From NCBI RefSeq assembly GCF_018977255.1, contig NW_024704745.1:15996001-16060000 (forward strand): a stretch of 64,000 nucleotides of DNA. The letters run 5' to 3'. Origin of the DNA: Callorhinchus milii (Eukaryota). Positions within the stretch are counted from its first letter, which is position 1; the number at the start of each line of letters is the position of its first letter. Below the pieces are notes generated by a model that saw only the letters and a program-made list of their open reading frames with translations, made no database searches and was not told the origin of the DNA. Position numbers and translations under genes: made by a program. Of the stretch, positions 37,905 through 51,077 are shown piece by piece.

Positions 37905-38930
37905 CTGAATGAGTCAAAAAATTAGACTTTCATTATGCTGAAAAATACACTACAGCTAATATAGCTCTATAGCATCAGCTTCTCTGCAAGAAGATGCAGT
38001 ACCTAGTTTGGCGTGCTGCTCTACCTGGTACAGTTGAAACAAATTTTATCTACTCTTAGCAATTTGGATAAGAGATGTGCTTTGCACTGGCAGAATTTTC
38101 CAAATCTAGCTCTGTAATAATCATGCAGCAGTTAATGTGCTCCATTTACTACATGCATTCTGTATCTGTCGCCACAGGGTGACTCAGTGCACTTCTTGCT
38201 TTTTGTTACACACTTTAAATCTATTCAATAATAATAATTCAATGTGGTTGCCGCATACACTAAAAGGACAGTATCAATCCAGTTTTTTNATTATTAATAA
38301 ATTACTGATAGATCCTTTGAGTCTTTCCTAATTATAAATTAAAGTTATCATTCATGCATTAATGATAATAATCCTTTCATCTGATATAGCACCTTTAACC
38401 TCGGGATAGCACCTTTCACTTCGTGAGGACGTCTCAAAGTGCTTCACAGGATTCACTGTAAAGTGTATGACTATTTTGAGGGGGAACGTATACTTCATGC
38501 AAAAGATATTGCTTGGACAATGTGGAACATCACTTCATGAAGGATGATAGAGCTGAAAAATCCTAAATTATAACTGTTTTGCTGCCAGGAAATGGTTCTT
38601 TAATACCTCCTGGATCCAGATGATGAACATCAAGAGGGCACACCATTCCCAGCCAAATATCACAGGGTCCTAAACCTATCCCAGCACGCAAAACTTTAAC
38701 CATTTTTTGTCCAGGAACCATAATCTTATAATTGAAGTGTAAGGAAACTTGCCTAAGATTTCACCCCCTCCCGGGAATTGAACCTGGGTCCTCTTGCTTG
38801 CGAGGTGAGCGTGCTAACCATTATGCCGCAGGACTCCACAATCTAAACGATTTGAACAACTAAGTCATCCCATCTTTTTAGGATTTTCATATATCTAAAG
38901 ATGCATTTGAAGAAAAAAAAGTAAACTTAC

Positions 38931-39088
38931 TTCCAATCAGTATTGCAGCAAACGCTATTTGAAAGACACTGTAAATAAGTGGAAAGGTGAACATGAGAAC
39001 AAGCTGCTCAGGTGAGAAAGAGAGCTGGACAATGGTCGTGCAGAGCTGAGTGTTCTGTGCACCGGTCTCCAAAGCTACAGTACGGCAT
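38931..39088 (-). CDS. SLC10A2: SLC10A2 exon 5
   Basis: [24 protein letters not shown]...[11 protein letters not shown]; 158 nt; AG/GT boundaries. Confidence 0.95.
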
Positions 39089-39135
39089 CTGTGAGAATAC
39101 GAGAATAGTGTTTATATTACTGTTGAACTTGATTT

Positions 39136-39482
39136 ATAATAATAATCTTGCATTTCATACAATGCCTTATCATGTCTTTGAGACGTCTCAAAGCGCTTCG
39201 CAGAATATACTGTATGGTGAATTAACTGTATACCGTATTTTGTGGGCGAAACGTGGCAGTCAATTGCGCACAGCAGTGTCCCACAAACCACCGTGAATTA
39301 TTTACTTATTTTGAAGGGATTATTATCCCTGGAAAACCTATCCGCTAATTGACTAACAACCAGGTTCCTACTTACTGCTCGGTGTTTGGGGTAAGGAAAC
39401 TTGCCCAACGTTTTGCCCCGCCTGGGAATCAAGCCCAAGTCTTCTAGCATGTGAGGCGAGTGCTCTAACCACTAAGTTACAG
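39136..39482 (-). mobile_element. tRNA-derived SINE (longer subfamily)
   Basis: Head, body and tail as in the 11993 copy. Confidence 0.82.
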
Positions 39483-40359
39483 AACAATTTCATTGTATCA
39501 TGGTAAATAACATTGTTTCCAAGGTCTAATAAAACATTTGATCAAATGACTCACACCAGTTCGGGATCACAAACATGTAGCAATATATTATTGAAAGTCA
39601 AATGTTACAGTTCAAAATACAACCAGTTTTAGGAATTGCAAGAACATAGCAAGGTTTACAATTTAAGATTGTATCAGAGCATTTTTATAGCAACAACGTA
39701 AGGGTTAGAGTTTGATGTTGTTATCTTTTTAGTAGATGAGATATCCTCAGTGGTATTTCACTAGCAAGTAAGTGTTTTTGTTTTTGTAACATCAAATGTT
39801 CTCACCCCTTTTAAGTGGAATTATTTCAATGACAAGGGAGCATTTTCGATAACATTCTTTATACCTTTGCTAGCAATTACTTTAGATTTGAAATAGATAT
39901 GATAATGTGTAGCAACACTCGGTAAATCATTCAAAACAATTCACAGCTTAGTGTTTTTTCAGTAGTTGCGATATTACCGTTACAATAATAATAATCCTTG
40001 CATTTGCTATAGTACCTAATCAAGTCGTTGAGACCCTAAAATAATCAAAGATGTTGCATATTTACTAAAATATCAGAGAGGATCATATGCCCACAGTTCA
40101 AAATACAACCAGTTAGTGTACTTTTAGGAATTGCAAGAACATAGCAAGGTTTACAATTTAAGATTGTATCAGAGAATTTTTATAGCAACAACTTAAGGGT
40201 TAGAGTTTTTTGTTGTTATCTTTTTAGTAGATGAGATATCCTCAGTGGTATTTCACTAGCAAGTAAGTGCATTATGTTTTTGTCTGGAAAATTGAAAGCA
40301 TTACAATTAATAATATATTTTCACTGTATTTGAGTACAAAGGCATTAAAAAGGCTGTAC

Positions 40360-40535
40360 CTAAACCAAGGCTGGCCAGCAATACGAGCTAGAATAAATCC
40401 CATTGCGTAACCAATGGCTGGATAGATTGTTCCTATAATCCAGAGGGAAGGGTCTGTCGCCCAGGATCCTCTATAGAGCAAGGCTCCAGCCACAGCTATA
40501 CCAATGATGAGAAATATTCCTGCGATAGACCCAAT
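40360..40535 (-). CDS. SLC10A2: SLC10A2 exon 4
   Basis: [11 protein letters not shown]...LWIIGTIYP...[14 protein letters not shown]; 176 nt. Confidence 0.95.
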
Positions 40536-41449
40536 CTGTAAGAAAAATATTGCCAGAAATGTAAAGCAGTGGAACAGATTAATGCACTACAAAGTGAATC
40601 ATACCTGTATCAAAGGCATAGGAATATATGAATGTATAGGAACACTAAGGGCTATGGAGGTCCTTCTGGCTAAATTCAAATTAAAAAAACTTGAATTTAG
40701 TCAGATTTTTGTCATTGAAATTTGCTATTCACAAACATTGTGATCCACAGTTTTGCATTCATTTGTTGAGGATTTAAATCTATTTGGATTTTTATGACAG
40801 AAACTTCCCAGTAGCTCATTACTACTTGGTCATGTGTAATTTTGTTTGCCAATTTCCTTTTCTTTTTGCCCCACCCCCTCTCCTCAAATCAGTGACTCTT
40901 ATTGGAGTCATTTAATAATTTACAAAATTTGCAATAAACAATGACAATTTGCATTTATGTAGTGCTCCTCACGCAGGGTAGCGTCCCAGAGGGTTTTACC
41001 AATCTGGGAGGGAATGCAATAATATGACGCAACCTGATAATACATTGCACCAATGCATTGTGCCAAGCGGGTGGTTCAGATTCAGGTTTTCTTCCCCATC
41101 TTTGTTTTGCCATTATAGAAGAGCCAAATAGAACTTCCTCAATGGGAAGGAAGTTAATCAAATATCAAGGTCTATTTAGAAATTGCCGTGAAATAGACCC
41201 GACAGCCTGTACCCATGAATAAGTCTGTGCTACACTCCTGTACGTCTTTTTACCAGGTTACAGAATAGCTTTGTGAGAGGCCTGAGTCCTGCCAGCCTGC
41301 ACTCCCATTTGGGAGGTGGCTACATGACAAAAGTCTAAAGAGGTGAAGAAAAAAAAACGTGACAGGAAAATAGAGCAATGAAATTATGATGTTGCAAAGG
41401 AAAACTTGTAGAAATGTTTTTCTCGTTAAAAACTGCGTATTTAAGTTAC

Positions 41450-41538
41450 CTTCAGTATCAACTTTGCCTGTTTTGGCCATCTGTAGTTCACATAAACTCC
41501 GAAAGCAACAGGAATAACTAGAGTTGCTAGGGTTATAC
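41450..41538 (-). CDS. SLC10A2: SLC10A2 exon 3
   Basis: ITLATLVIPVAFGVYVNYRWPKQAKLILK; 89 nt; read directly. Confidence 0.93.
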
Positions 41539-41639
41539 CTGCAAAACACAAGTTACAGGTTTCTTTAGCTTCCATACACAAATACACAAAAAATAGAGGA
41601 CTGTTCACTTATTGTAATTTTTTTTTACAGATAAATTAC

Positions 41640-41758
41640 CTATGCTGTCATAAGGGATCTCGATGGAATTTGCACCAACCCATGTTTTAGTGTAAATGAA
41701 GAGGCAAAGAGGCATCATTCCCATTCCCAGAATTGTGGAACATGTTGTCATACTTATA
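41640..41758 (-). CDS. SLC10A2: SLC10A2 exon 2
   Basis: [27 protein letters not shown]...IPYDSIG; 119 nt. Confidence 0.95.
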
Positions 41759-44625
41759 CTGAAAAAGAAAATACAGATTTGTTTCAGACAAACAGCGAAT
41801 AATACTCAGCACGCAAAACAAATATTTTCACATCTCAAACATTTGACATGGGTATGAATATAGGAAACACTTTCAGATTATTTCACTGTGATAAGAATCA
41901 TATGAATAAATTGTTAAATTTTTCTATATTGATTCAATGAATTGTATTGATGTTGAAGTTAAGGTTCTAATCCTTAAATTTCTTATATTTAGTGCACTTT
42001 AATAATGTACATGGAGAATGTTGAAATGTTGATAAATGTATCAATACATGGAGCATTACCATCATAATGTTGATTTAATAATAACCTATTTCATGCTTCA
42101 ATTGTATCAAAACCACATCAGTGCTTAATAATATTGATGTTCAGTGAACTTGCACTGTTTGCTTAAAATAACTGAATAATAATCATTATCCTTGACTTGA
42201 TATGACACCTAATCACATTGTTGAGATGTCTCAAAGAGCTTCACAGAATACACTGTAAAATGGTTTGACTGTATTTTATAAGCAAAACTTGCAATACAAG
42301 TTTAAATTATAAATAAAGAACATTGCATTAAAATATAAAATTAATTTATACTTTTAAAGTTGTATTACTTTTATTTCTAAGGACCTAGGACACAATTGTT
42401 AAATTTATCGAATAGAGCAGAATAACACTTAACCCACACCAAAGAATTCATTACATGGTGCCCACTGAATCTTTCATTGAACTGGTTGTAACGTTTACCT
42501 CTATGCCTTGTTTGCAGTCTATTAAATAAGGTTGAAGAGCTTCAGATTGTAACCTTACATGTAACACTTGCTAATCTAGTTCTATGCAGTCTAGGCACTC
42601 ACACCTTTTACTGTCTTTAGGATGTTAGTTGTTGAGTAAAGTTATGATCCTGTAATGTTCAAATTCAGTTCAGAATCATAACTATTGGTTTTATGGTTTA
42701 ATGCTGGAAATTTAAATGCAACTGTGACTTCTTTTTAGAAATGAAACATGCAAGCTATAAATCTGAAACACAAATATTAAATTTCGGACTATATTTCCTC
42801 TTATGTTTCGTAGGTTTTGTGAATAGTTTGGTTTATTGAATAATTTTCGCTGTCAAATTGAGTGTTCAATTAACAGAATCTTACTGTAGTCTGTTTAGTT
42901 CAGTTGGTGGCACACTTGTCTCTGGGGCAGAAGTTTGCAACTTCAAGCTCCATGTTGGGCTCATAACCAAGACTGATACCTCAATGCAAGACTGGGGGGA
43001 TGTACTGTTGGAGGTGCTGGTTTTTAGATGAGACATTAAAGGATCTGTTTGCCTGTTCAGTTAGGTGTTTAAAAATCCCATAACACCTTTTAACAATAGA
43101 AGGGATTTTCTCCTGGTGTTCGGGCCAAGAATCCCTCAGATGAATTGATCATTTGCTTCATGGCTGTTTGTGGGAGCTGATTGTGCCCAAAAGACATTCA
43201 CATTTGTCTAAGAAACAGTTGACAGTAATGGCCGTAAAACATTTTGATGTGATAAGGCATTAAAAAATATAATTTATTTCTTCCTTCACATCTGACTGGG
43301 TGTTGGGTGAAGGCAGGATCAACTGGCTTTAATTAGGGTTAGGGCAGGGTAAAATATCTTGCTGGCACTCGGTATTTTGGCTCACATGCAAAGAATGGGT
43401 GAGGTACTGGAGAGATGCCAATGCCTTCGGAATGATGCCCTTGATTGACTCAATGTCTTCTGACACCCAAACATCCACCTTGCCTTGGCCGAGTGATTAC
43501 TTTGTCTTAAAATATAAGATTACAAGATATGTAGAAGATTCTTCAATTCAATCTTAATCGTGATGTCAGCTTGGTTTAGGAAATGTAAAGAAAATGGCTC
43601 CCAAATGAAGACCGAATTTGAGAATTTTCTACAATTCTGGCAATCTTAAATTTTAATACATGATTGATCTTATAGGCTAATACTAGGGTTTCAGGAGGAG
43701 AAAATAGGAGAAAACAAAAGTGGAGAGAAAAAGAAATTAAAAAGAAATTCTCAAATATTTCACGTAATGAAGACAGATAAGTAATAATTTCATATAATAA
43801 TCATAGCTTATCTCCTCTTCACTTAATTATCAAATTCCCAGGATGCTAAATTATTAGTATAGTATTTTAGATTTTACCTTTTCATTGGGAATAATTTCAT
43901 TAGGAATCTCCACCCGACAGAAAGTAAATTTTAATGAATGTACACAGATAATGGAACTGTCCATCATAGGTGCACATAATTAAAGTGTAGTGCTATTTTT
44001 GTTCACTCTCCGTGCACTACACTCCTAACTTAAGTGAATGCAATAGACTTTACCCTTTTGGAACAACAGCAATTAAGCTCCAACAAATGTTAAAGCATAG
44101 GTGTTCAAAATATTGTACTATGCTTTTGTACCATAACAAACTGTTTCAGTTGATAACAGTAAGTTAATACAGAAATACCCAATTAGTGAATTCACTGATC
44201 CTTGTAACACTGAACCACACAAACCAAGAAAGGATAGTTGATCTCCAGTCTTTGCTGCTATAACTATTGTCAGTCAGGGTGGCAATAGATCTGCCAAATA
44301 CACCTTGGTCAGACAAGGAAAAAAATTAACCAGGGATATACTGCTGCTACTTATTCAGTAAATACCCGGTGGCTGTGCATGTGTGTGGATGCCACTAGTC
44401 AGAAAGTCCAGCTGGTTTTAGACAAAGACTATTTTCCTAGCATTTCAGACCATGCAAATGTTGGCAAATTCTTAAATTCAGTCTTAATTTGGGAGACAGT
44501 TTAGTTATTTGATATAATGTCACATCAACATGGGGAATGTTGATTAATCTGCTTAATTTAAACTCCAAATTCAATGTTACAAAAACATCCAATGCTGTAA
44601 CTCTTGATAACACTTGTTTCCGTAC

Positions 44626-45029
44626 CTGAGATCCATGTCCCCATCCATCCAATATGACATAATGTTTGATCCTGTTCCTCCAGGGCAGCATCCCATTATT
44701 AGCACTGCAACTGCTTGAACTGGATGAATGTCAAAAGCCAAGGACAGCAGAAAGGCTGTGAGGGGCATTATACCAAACTGACAAAGAAAGCCCACACATA
44801 TACCCCACGGTTTCTTGAGGTGGGCCAATAGTCTATTGACTTCGACATTGCAACCCATGGAAAACATAATTAAAGCCAACATGATTGTCAACACAGTACT
44901 TAAAATAATATTCAAAAGCTGGTTGAAATTGTCTAGAGGTATCAGACATGATGTGTCATTGCAGTTGGTGGAATGTTCAGGACAGTACAAATAAGGCATT
45001 GCCAGATTTTTCATCATCATGGCATCCAT
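44626..45029 (-). CDS. SLC10A2: SLC10A2 (ASBT, apical sodium-dependent bile salt transporter) exon 1; exact start Met uncertain (several clustered ATGs)
   Basis: [30 protein letters not shown]...[16 protein letters not shown]...GCCPGG...DGDMDLS; donor AG|GTACG. Confidence 0.93.
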
Positions 45030-45582
45030 TGTCAGAAGTTTTTCAGTCTTCTCTGCATTCAAATTGTAAGTATCTCCTGCAAGAAACAAACGTTCAGGAG
45101 AGAAACAGAATGATGTGAAGAAGTGAAGGGCTGTTCACAACCTCAACATAAAGGGCTAAAGGTGCTTGCCTTAATAAGACTGTGGGACAACAATAAAAAG
45201 GATGATAAACGCCTACCTAATAAAAATGTACAGGCATTGACATTAACATTATATGAGGCAGCTAGATAATATCTTTAACCCTTTTGAATACTGATTAGCT
45301 TCAAAACTACTCGTTTTCTGTCAAACAACCCCAAGAATCATTTTAACCATGTTTCAAATCATGAATATTACATGACTTAATATGGATTTTATATCATAAC
45401 ATGGATGAATGAGAAAACATAATCTTGTGATATGTTCTGATTTAATGCAGATATAGTACTGCTTTGAAGAGTTAAAGTGGGGTTAAATACTCTGTGATAA
45501 ATATTTCCAAAATAATTAGATTTCTTTTTAAAATAAATGATTTAGAAATAGTTTTGTTGTGTTTAAAGGATTAAAAATTCTT

Positions 45583-45914
45583 ATAATAATAATAATATAT
45601 AATAATAATCCTTGCATTTGATATAGCGCTTTTCACGTCGGGAGGACGTCCCAAAGCGCTTCACAGAACATACTGCAAAGTGAATTGACTGTATATTTGT
45701 GGGCGAACGCGGCAGCCAATTGCGCACAGCAATGTCCCACAAACAGTCGTAGATTGAAAATGACCAATTAATTATTGTTTTTGGTTTTTGAAGGGATTAT
45801 TATTAGGCTCTGTGTGGAGTAAGGAAACTTGCCCAAGATTTCGCCCTGCCTGGAATTGAACTCAGGTCTCTCACTTGCAAAGCGAGTGCTCTAACCACTG
45901 AGCTACAGGACTCC
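45583..45914 (-). mobile_element. Full-length, apparently young tRNA-derived SINE upstream of SLC10A2
   Basis: Near-identical to the 28787 copy. Confidence 0.92.
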
Positions 45915-46645
45915 ACTTATATTTGCAAAGCATACTTGACTCTGCACCTTCTCTTTATAGCTTAGTTATGGATTTGGAAGGTGGCGTAATTCAATGAATT
46001 TGGATCACCGGGTGATATGACTGATAAGACATACATTACATTAATGATTATACAAACCACTGCTACCTGAGATGAAGAAATATGCTTCAGTATGGTTACT
46101 TTTCAGAAACCACAATATATGGGGGACCTTGATTGATATAGTAACAGTATTTCAATGCGTATGTGTTTGCTTTGCTCTTTGGACCTTAGTCATAGGCATG
46201 CTTGAAATTCACGTAGTCAATGGGTGAGCCTCATCGCAGCATCAGATATCAACTATAAACATTTCATTTTATTTGCAGGAAGATCAGGTTCCATTTCTTT
46301 GGTTTCATGGTTATCTGGTATCTATATCTAGCGCATGAGTATCCAAACATGAGTATTAAGAGTATCGAAACCAAGCTGAGATTTCCATGCATCCAACCTA
46401 TATATAGAAACTCCTGAGATATTTATGCTAACTCTCTCCCTGGAGGGATGCATCCTGCTTACCTAATTCCAGAGAGCATCAGGCGCAGATTGGCAAAAGC
46501 CAAGCCTTGGGGACTCCAGAGTGTGCTTTGTGGTACAACTGGATTCTAACAAGCTAAAATCAAATAGTTTGATATTAAAAATACTTTCTGTCAAATTTTT
46601 CTGATGCTAATCCAGCTGCTAATCCTAGCTAATCCAGCTAGGACC

Positions 46646-48655
46646 AACAACAACAACAAGATTACATTTTGAGTCCTGTAGCTCAGTGATTGGAGCACTC
46701 GCTTTGCAAGCGAGAGACCTGAGTTCAATTCCAGACAGGGCGAAACCTTGGGCAAGTTTCCTTACTCCACACAGAGCCTAATAATAATCCCTCCAAAAAC
46801 CAAAAACAATAATAAATTGGTCATTTTCAATCTACGACTGTTTGTGGGACATTGCTATGCGCAATTGGCTGCCGTGTTCGCCCACAAATATACAGTCAAT
46901 TCACTTTACAGTGTGTTCTGTGAAGTGCTTTGGGATGTCCTCCCGACGTGAAAATCGCTACATCAAATGCAAGGATATAAATATATATTTGTATAGCGCC
47001 TTTCACGTCGGAAGGACGTCTCAAAGTGCTGGACAGTGTACAGCATTTCAGATCCGAGCTGGGGTCAGGGGGAAAGAAGGGAGGGGAGGGAAAGGGGGGT
47101 GAGCGATGGCATGGTAGAAGGGAAGGGTTTTGAGGTGGGACTTGAAGGAGGCTAAGGAGGGGACGAGGCGGAGTGATTGGGGGATGGAATTCCAGAGGTT
47201 GGGGGCAGAGTGGCTAAAGGCTCACCCGCCAATGGTGGGGCGTATGGGTTGGGGGACGTGGAGCAGGCCAGAACCAGCTGAGCGGAAGGAGTGGGTGGGT
47301 TGGTAGGGGGCTAGGAGGTCGCAGAGGTAGGTTGGGGCAAGGCCATGGAGGGCTTTGTAGGTGAGGACCAGGATCTTGAACTGGATTCTCTGAAGGTTAG
47401 GGAGCCAATGGAGTTGGGCGAGAATGGGGGAGATGGGGTCGTGGAGTTTGGTGCGGGAGAGGACACGGGCTGCAGAGTTCTGGAGGGAGGAGTTGGGAAG
47501 GCCAACAAACAGGGCGTTTGCATACTCGAGCCTGGAGGTGATGAAGGTGTGAACAAGAGTTTCAGCGGCCTGATGGGTGAGGTAGTGGCGGAGTTGGGCG
47601 ACGATACGGAGGTGAGGGAAGGCAGAACGGGTCATGGCTTGGACGTGGGGAAGAAAAGACAGTTGAATTTCGAACAAGACACTTAGGTTCCTGACTGGCT
47701 TGGTGAGTTGAAGTGTGCAACCATGGAGGTTGATGCTGCCAGAGCCTGAGGTGCAGAGGCGCTGGTGCGAGCCAATCAGGAGGGCCTCAGTCTTGTTCAC
47801 ATTCAACTTAAGAAATTTGCCCTCATCCAGGACTTGATGTCCGACAGGCAGTCTGTCAGGACAGCAGTGGTCCTAGAGTTGAGGGTTGAGGCAGAAAGAT
47901 AGAGTTGGGTGTCATCCGCATACATATGGAAGTTGACCCCATGTCTGCGGATGGTGTCCCCAAAGGGGAGCATGTAGATATTAAAGAGGAGAGGGCTAAG
48001 GACAGAGCCCTGGGGGACGCCAGATGTGACAGTGCGGGGGCTGGAGGAGAAACCGTTAGAGGCAACAAAGTGGAGACGGTGAGAGAGATAGGAATCGAAC
48101 CAGACAAGGGTAGGTCTGCAAAGATTAAGTAAAGAAGAGAGGTGGTGTATGAAGATGGAGTGGTCGACAGTGTCGAAGGCAACAGAGAGGTCGAGGAGGA
48201 CAAGGAGGCAGAGGGAGCCCTGATCACAGATGTTCAGAACGTCATTAATGACTTTGACCAGGGCTGTTTCCGTGCTGTTGGCAGCACGGAAGTCGGATTG
48301 GAGGGGTTCAAAGAGGGAATGGCAAGAGAGAAAGGAGCGGAGCTTGGACGCAACGACTCGTTCCAGGACCTTGGAGAGGAATGGGAGGTTAGAGATGGGG
48401 CAGTAGCTGGAGAGGAGGGATGGGTCCAGGGAAGATTTTTTCAGGATAGGGGTGATGACGGCTGTTTTTAGGGGGCTGGGAACTGAACCGGTGGACAAGG
48501 AGAGGTTGATGACACCGGACAGGAGAGGGGCCAGAAGGTGGAGCTGGGAGATGAGGAGAGAGATAGGGATGGGATCGAGGGAGAGGTGGTGGGTTTACGT
48601 TTGTGAACGATGGCGGTGAGGGAGGATGGAGAGATAGGGTTGAAGGAGTGTAGGG
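46646..48655 (-). mobile_element. 5'-truncated L2-clade LINE with reverse transcriptase domain (frameshifted)
   Basis: ORFs 47803-48498 and 47222-47806: ISNLPFLSKVLE, LDLSVAFDTVDH, GVPQGSVLSPLLF, YADDTQLY. Confidence 0.93.
46670..46980 (+). mobile_element. tRNA-derived SINE nested in the 3' tail of an L2
   Basis: The L2 tail (CAA)nGATTACATTT on the left resumes as ATTTGTATAGCGCC on the right. Confidence 0.88.
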
Positions 48656-49051
48656 GCGTGATGGATTATGATTTTAGCTTGTAGGGTTAACAAGAGCTGA
48701 GTGGGATGGTTTCCTGCCCCCAGTGCTGCCGATGAGCCATGCTGGCTGGGCTGTCATCAGCAATGCCTTGGAGTACTGCAGACCCGCCTAACTCAGAAGC
48801 TGAGCTACCAAGACCACCGAAGATTTCGACATTCCGTTCCCCGCTTACCTTTCCCCCAAGGAAGATAGTCATGTAAAAGCTATAAAGGAATGTTTTTGAG
48901 ACTTTTTGTAATAGGATGTTAGCCTATTTGTTTTTATGTTATATTGACAAAATACAAAGGGGAAGATCATAACAAAAAGGTAGCATTTTATAGGCATTGA
49001 AATAGTGCAAAAAGGTTACGTAGGACACACCGCTTTTCCTATAGAATGTAA

Positions 49052-49411
49052 CAATAATAATGCTAATGCTATCATTTGATATAGTGCCTTTTGATGTCTT
49101 CGAGATGTCTCAAAGCGCCTCCCAGACTATACTGTATAGTGAATTTACTGTATATTTGTGGGCAAAACGCGGCAGCCAATTGCGCACAGCAGTATCCCAC
49201 AAACAGTTGTGGAGTGAGTAACCATTTTTGTTTAAGGATTTATTACCCCCAGAAAATGATCCGCCAATCGACTACACCCGGATTCCTACTTACTGCTAGG
49301 TGAACAGAGGCATGTGGAGTAAGGAAATTTGCTTAACATTTTGCCCTGCCTGGGAATCAAACCCAGGTCCTCTCACGAGGCAAGTGCTCTAACCACTGAG
49401 ATACAGGACCC
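49052..49411 (-). mobile_element. tRNA-derived SINE (longer subfamily)
   Basis: Family head and tail; interrupts the POGLUT2-intron-like copy. Confidence 0.82.
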
Positions 49412-50039
49412 CATAAATAATAGAAAATTCAACATATGTGATATGAATCTGGTGTTTAACTCCAGTGCAATGCTAAATATTTTATGCAATCTTTAATTTC
49501 AAATCAAAGAGATCATCAATACATATATTCTGTCAGAACACTAAGGCCATTATATGCACACAGTCTGGTTACTTAAGGAGATGTAATCAAAACCAGGTCA
49601 CTCGCTTGGGAGGCGAGCACTCTAACTACTGAGCTACAGGACTCCAGATGTCTGAGAGGGGACCTTCTAGAAATGATGGTATTGAGAAAGTGAATCCCGA
49701 ATAATTATTTCAGATACTCCAAGGCCGTAAGATCTGAAGGCCCAAGTCAGGATTGTGAAGGCTGTTTTAGACACAATAATAAGAGGCACTTCTTTACATT
49801 GGGAGGAAACTAACAACTGGATGTGGTCACCAGGAAGGAGGGGAGAGGCCAGAACCCTGGACTTCAAGGAACAGTTTGATGGGAGATGGTGAGGAGAATA
49901 TTCTGGACTGAGGAGATCAGATGAGATCAAATGGAACAGGGGTAGGTCATTTGGCATGTTGAGCCTATGCTGTGGTTATTTAATTACATCATTTGACAGA
50001 TCATGTAATCCCATTTCCCTATCTTTTCTATGTATCAAG

Positions 50040-50465
50040 TGACATATGGCTCAGTTGCTTGCATTCATGCCTCTGAGTCACGAGGTTGTGTGTTCAAGAA
50101 CTCTCCGTTTAGTCTGACACTCCAATACAATTCTGAGGGTTTGCTGCATTTTTGGAGATGTCGTCCTTTCGATGAGACGTTAAACTGAAATCCTGTCTAG
50201 TCTATTCAGCATGGACATTAAGATCTCATGGCAGAATTCTAAAGGATAAAGGCATTTCTCCTGGTGTTCTGACCAACAATCCCCCAGATAAAATAAGTTA
50301 CTCATTTCATGGCTGTAATCTTGTTGTTGTTGTTTGTGGGACATTGCTGTCTACAAATTGGCTCTCCTGTTTGCCTACAAATACACCGTAAGTTCTGTGA
50401 AACTCTTTGGGACATCCTCCTGATGTGAAAGATGCTGTATCGAATGCATGGATTATTATTATTAA
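50040..50465 (+). mobile_element. Old Deu-like SINE
   Basis: GGCTCAGTTG head, GATGAGACGTTAAAC body, TTTGTGGGACATTGCTG core, GGATTATTATT tail. Confidence 0.7.
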
Positions 50466-51077
50466 ACCCCTTAATACTCTTACTTTCTATGTATCCATTC
50501 AATTACATTTTTGCAGCTTGCAATTGATGATGAACCTACAGTCCTCATGGGGCAGTGATTTCCACATGCTTGCAACCCCTTTGTGTGAAGAAATTTTTTC
50601 TGATCACACTTTCAACTGGACTGTCTGGAGTTTGACCTCACACATCAACATTGGCAGATGTTAATCTTTTTAGATGAAGTAAAGCTGCAAAATAAGAACT
50701 ATGGCACTGATAGCCTATGTTGAAAAATATGTAATGCAAGTCAAAAGTCACTCAGATTCTGAGTTGAGTCAGATAATATCTGTTTAAAACAATTTTGAAA
50801 AACAAAAAAAAATTCTGTAGTCAGAGTGTTATAGTTTCTGTTAAAAAGCAAACTGCCGCTTGCTTATAAATAGCAGTTGTTACAGTTGGTGAAAGTGAAT
50901 AAGTGTGACCTCTGCTGTTTTGTATGAATACTGCAATGTCAAAGCAATTTTCATTATATTTTGTTTAGAAACTGATCAGTATTTCAATCGCCTATTGTCT
51001 TGTCCACCACCAGACTTCTTTTGTCACACAAAAATGCCAAATATATCTCAATATTAGTCATAATCCTCTTCAGATGT

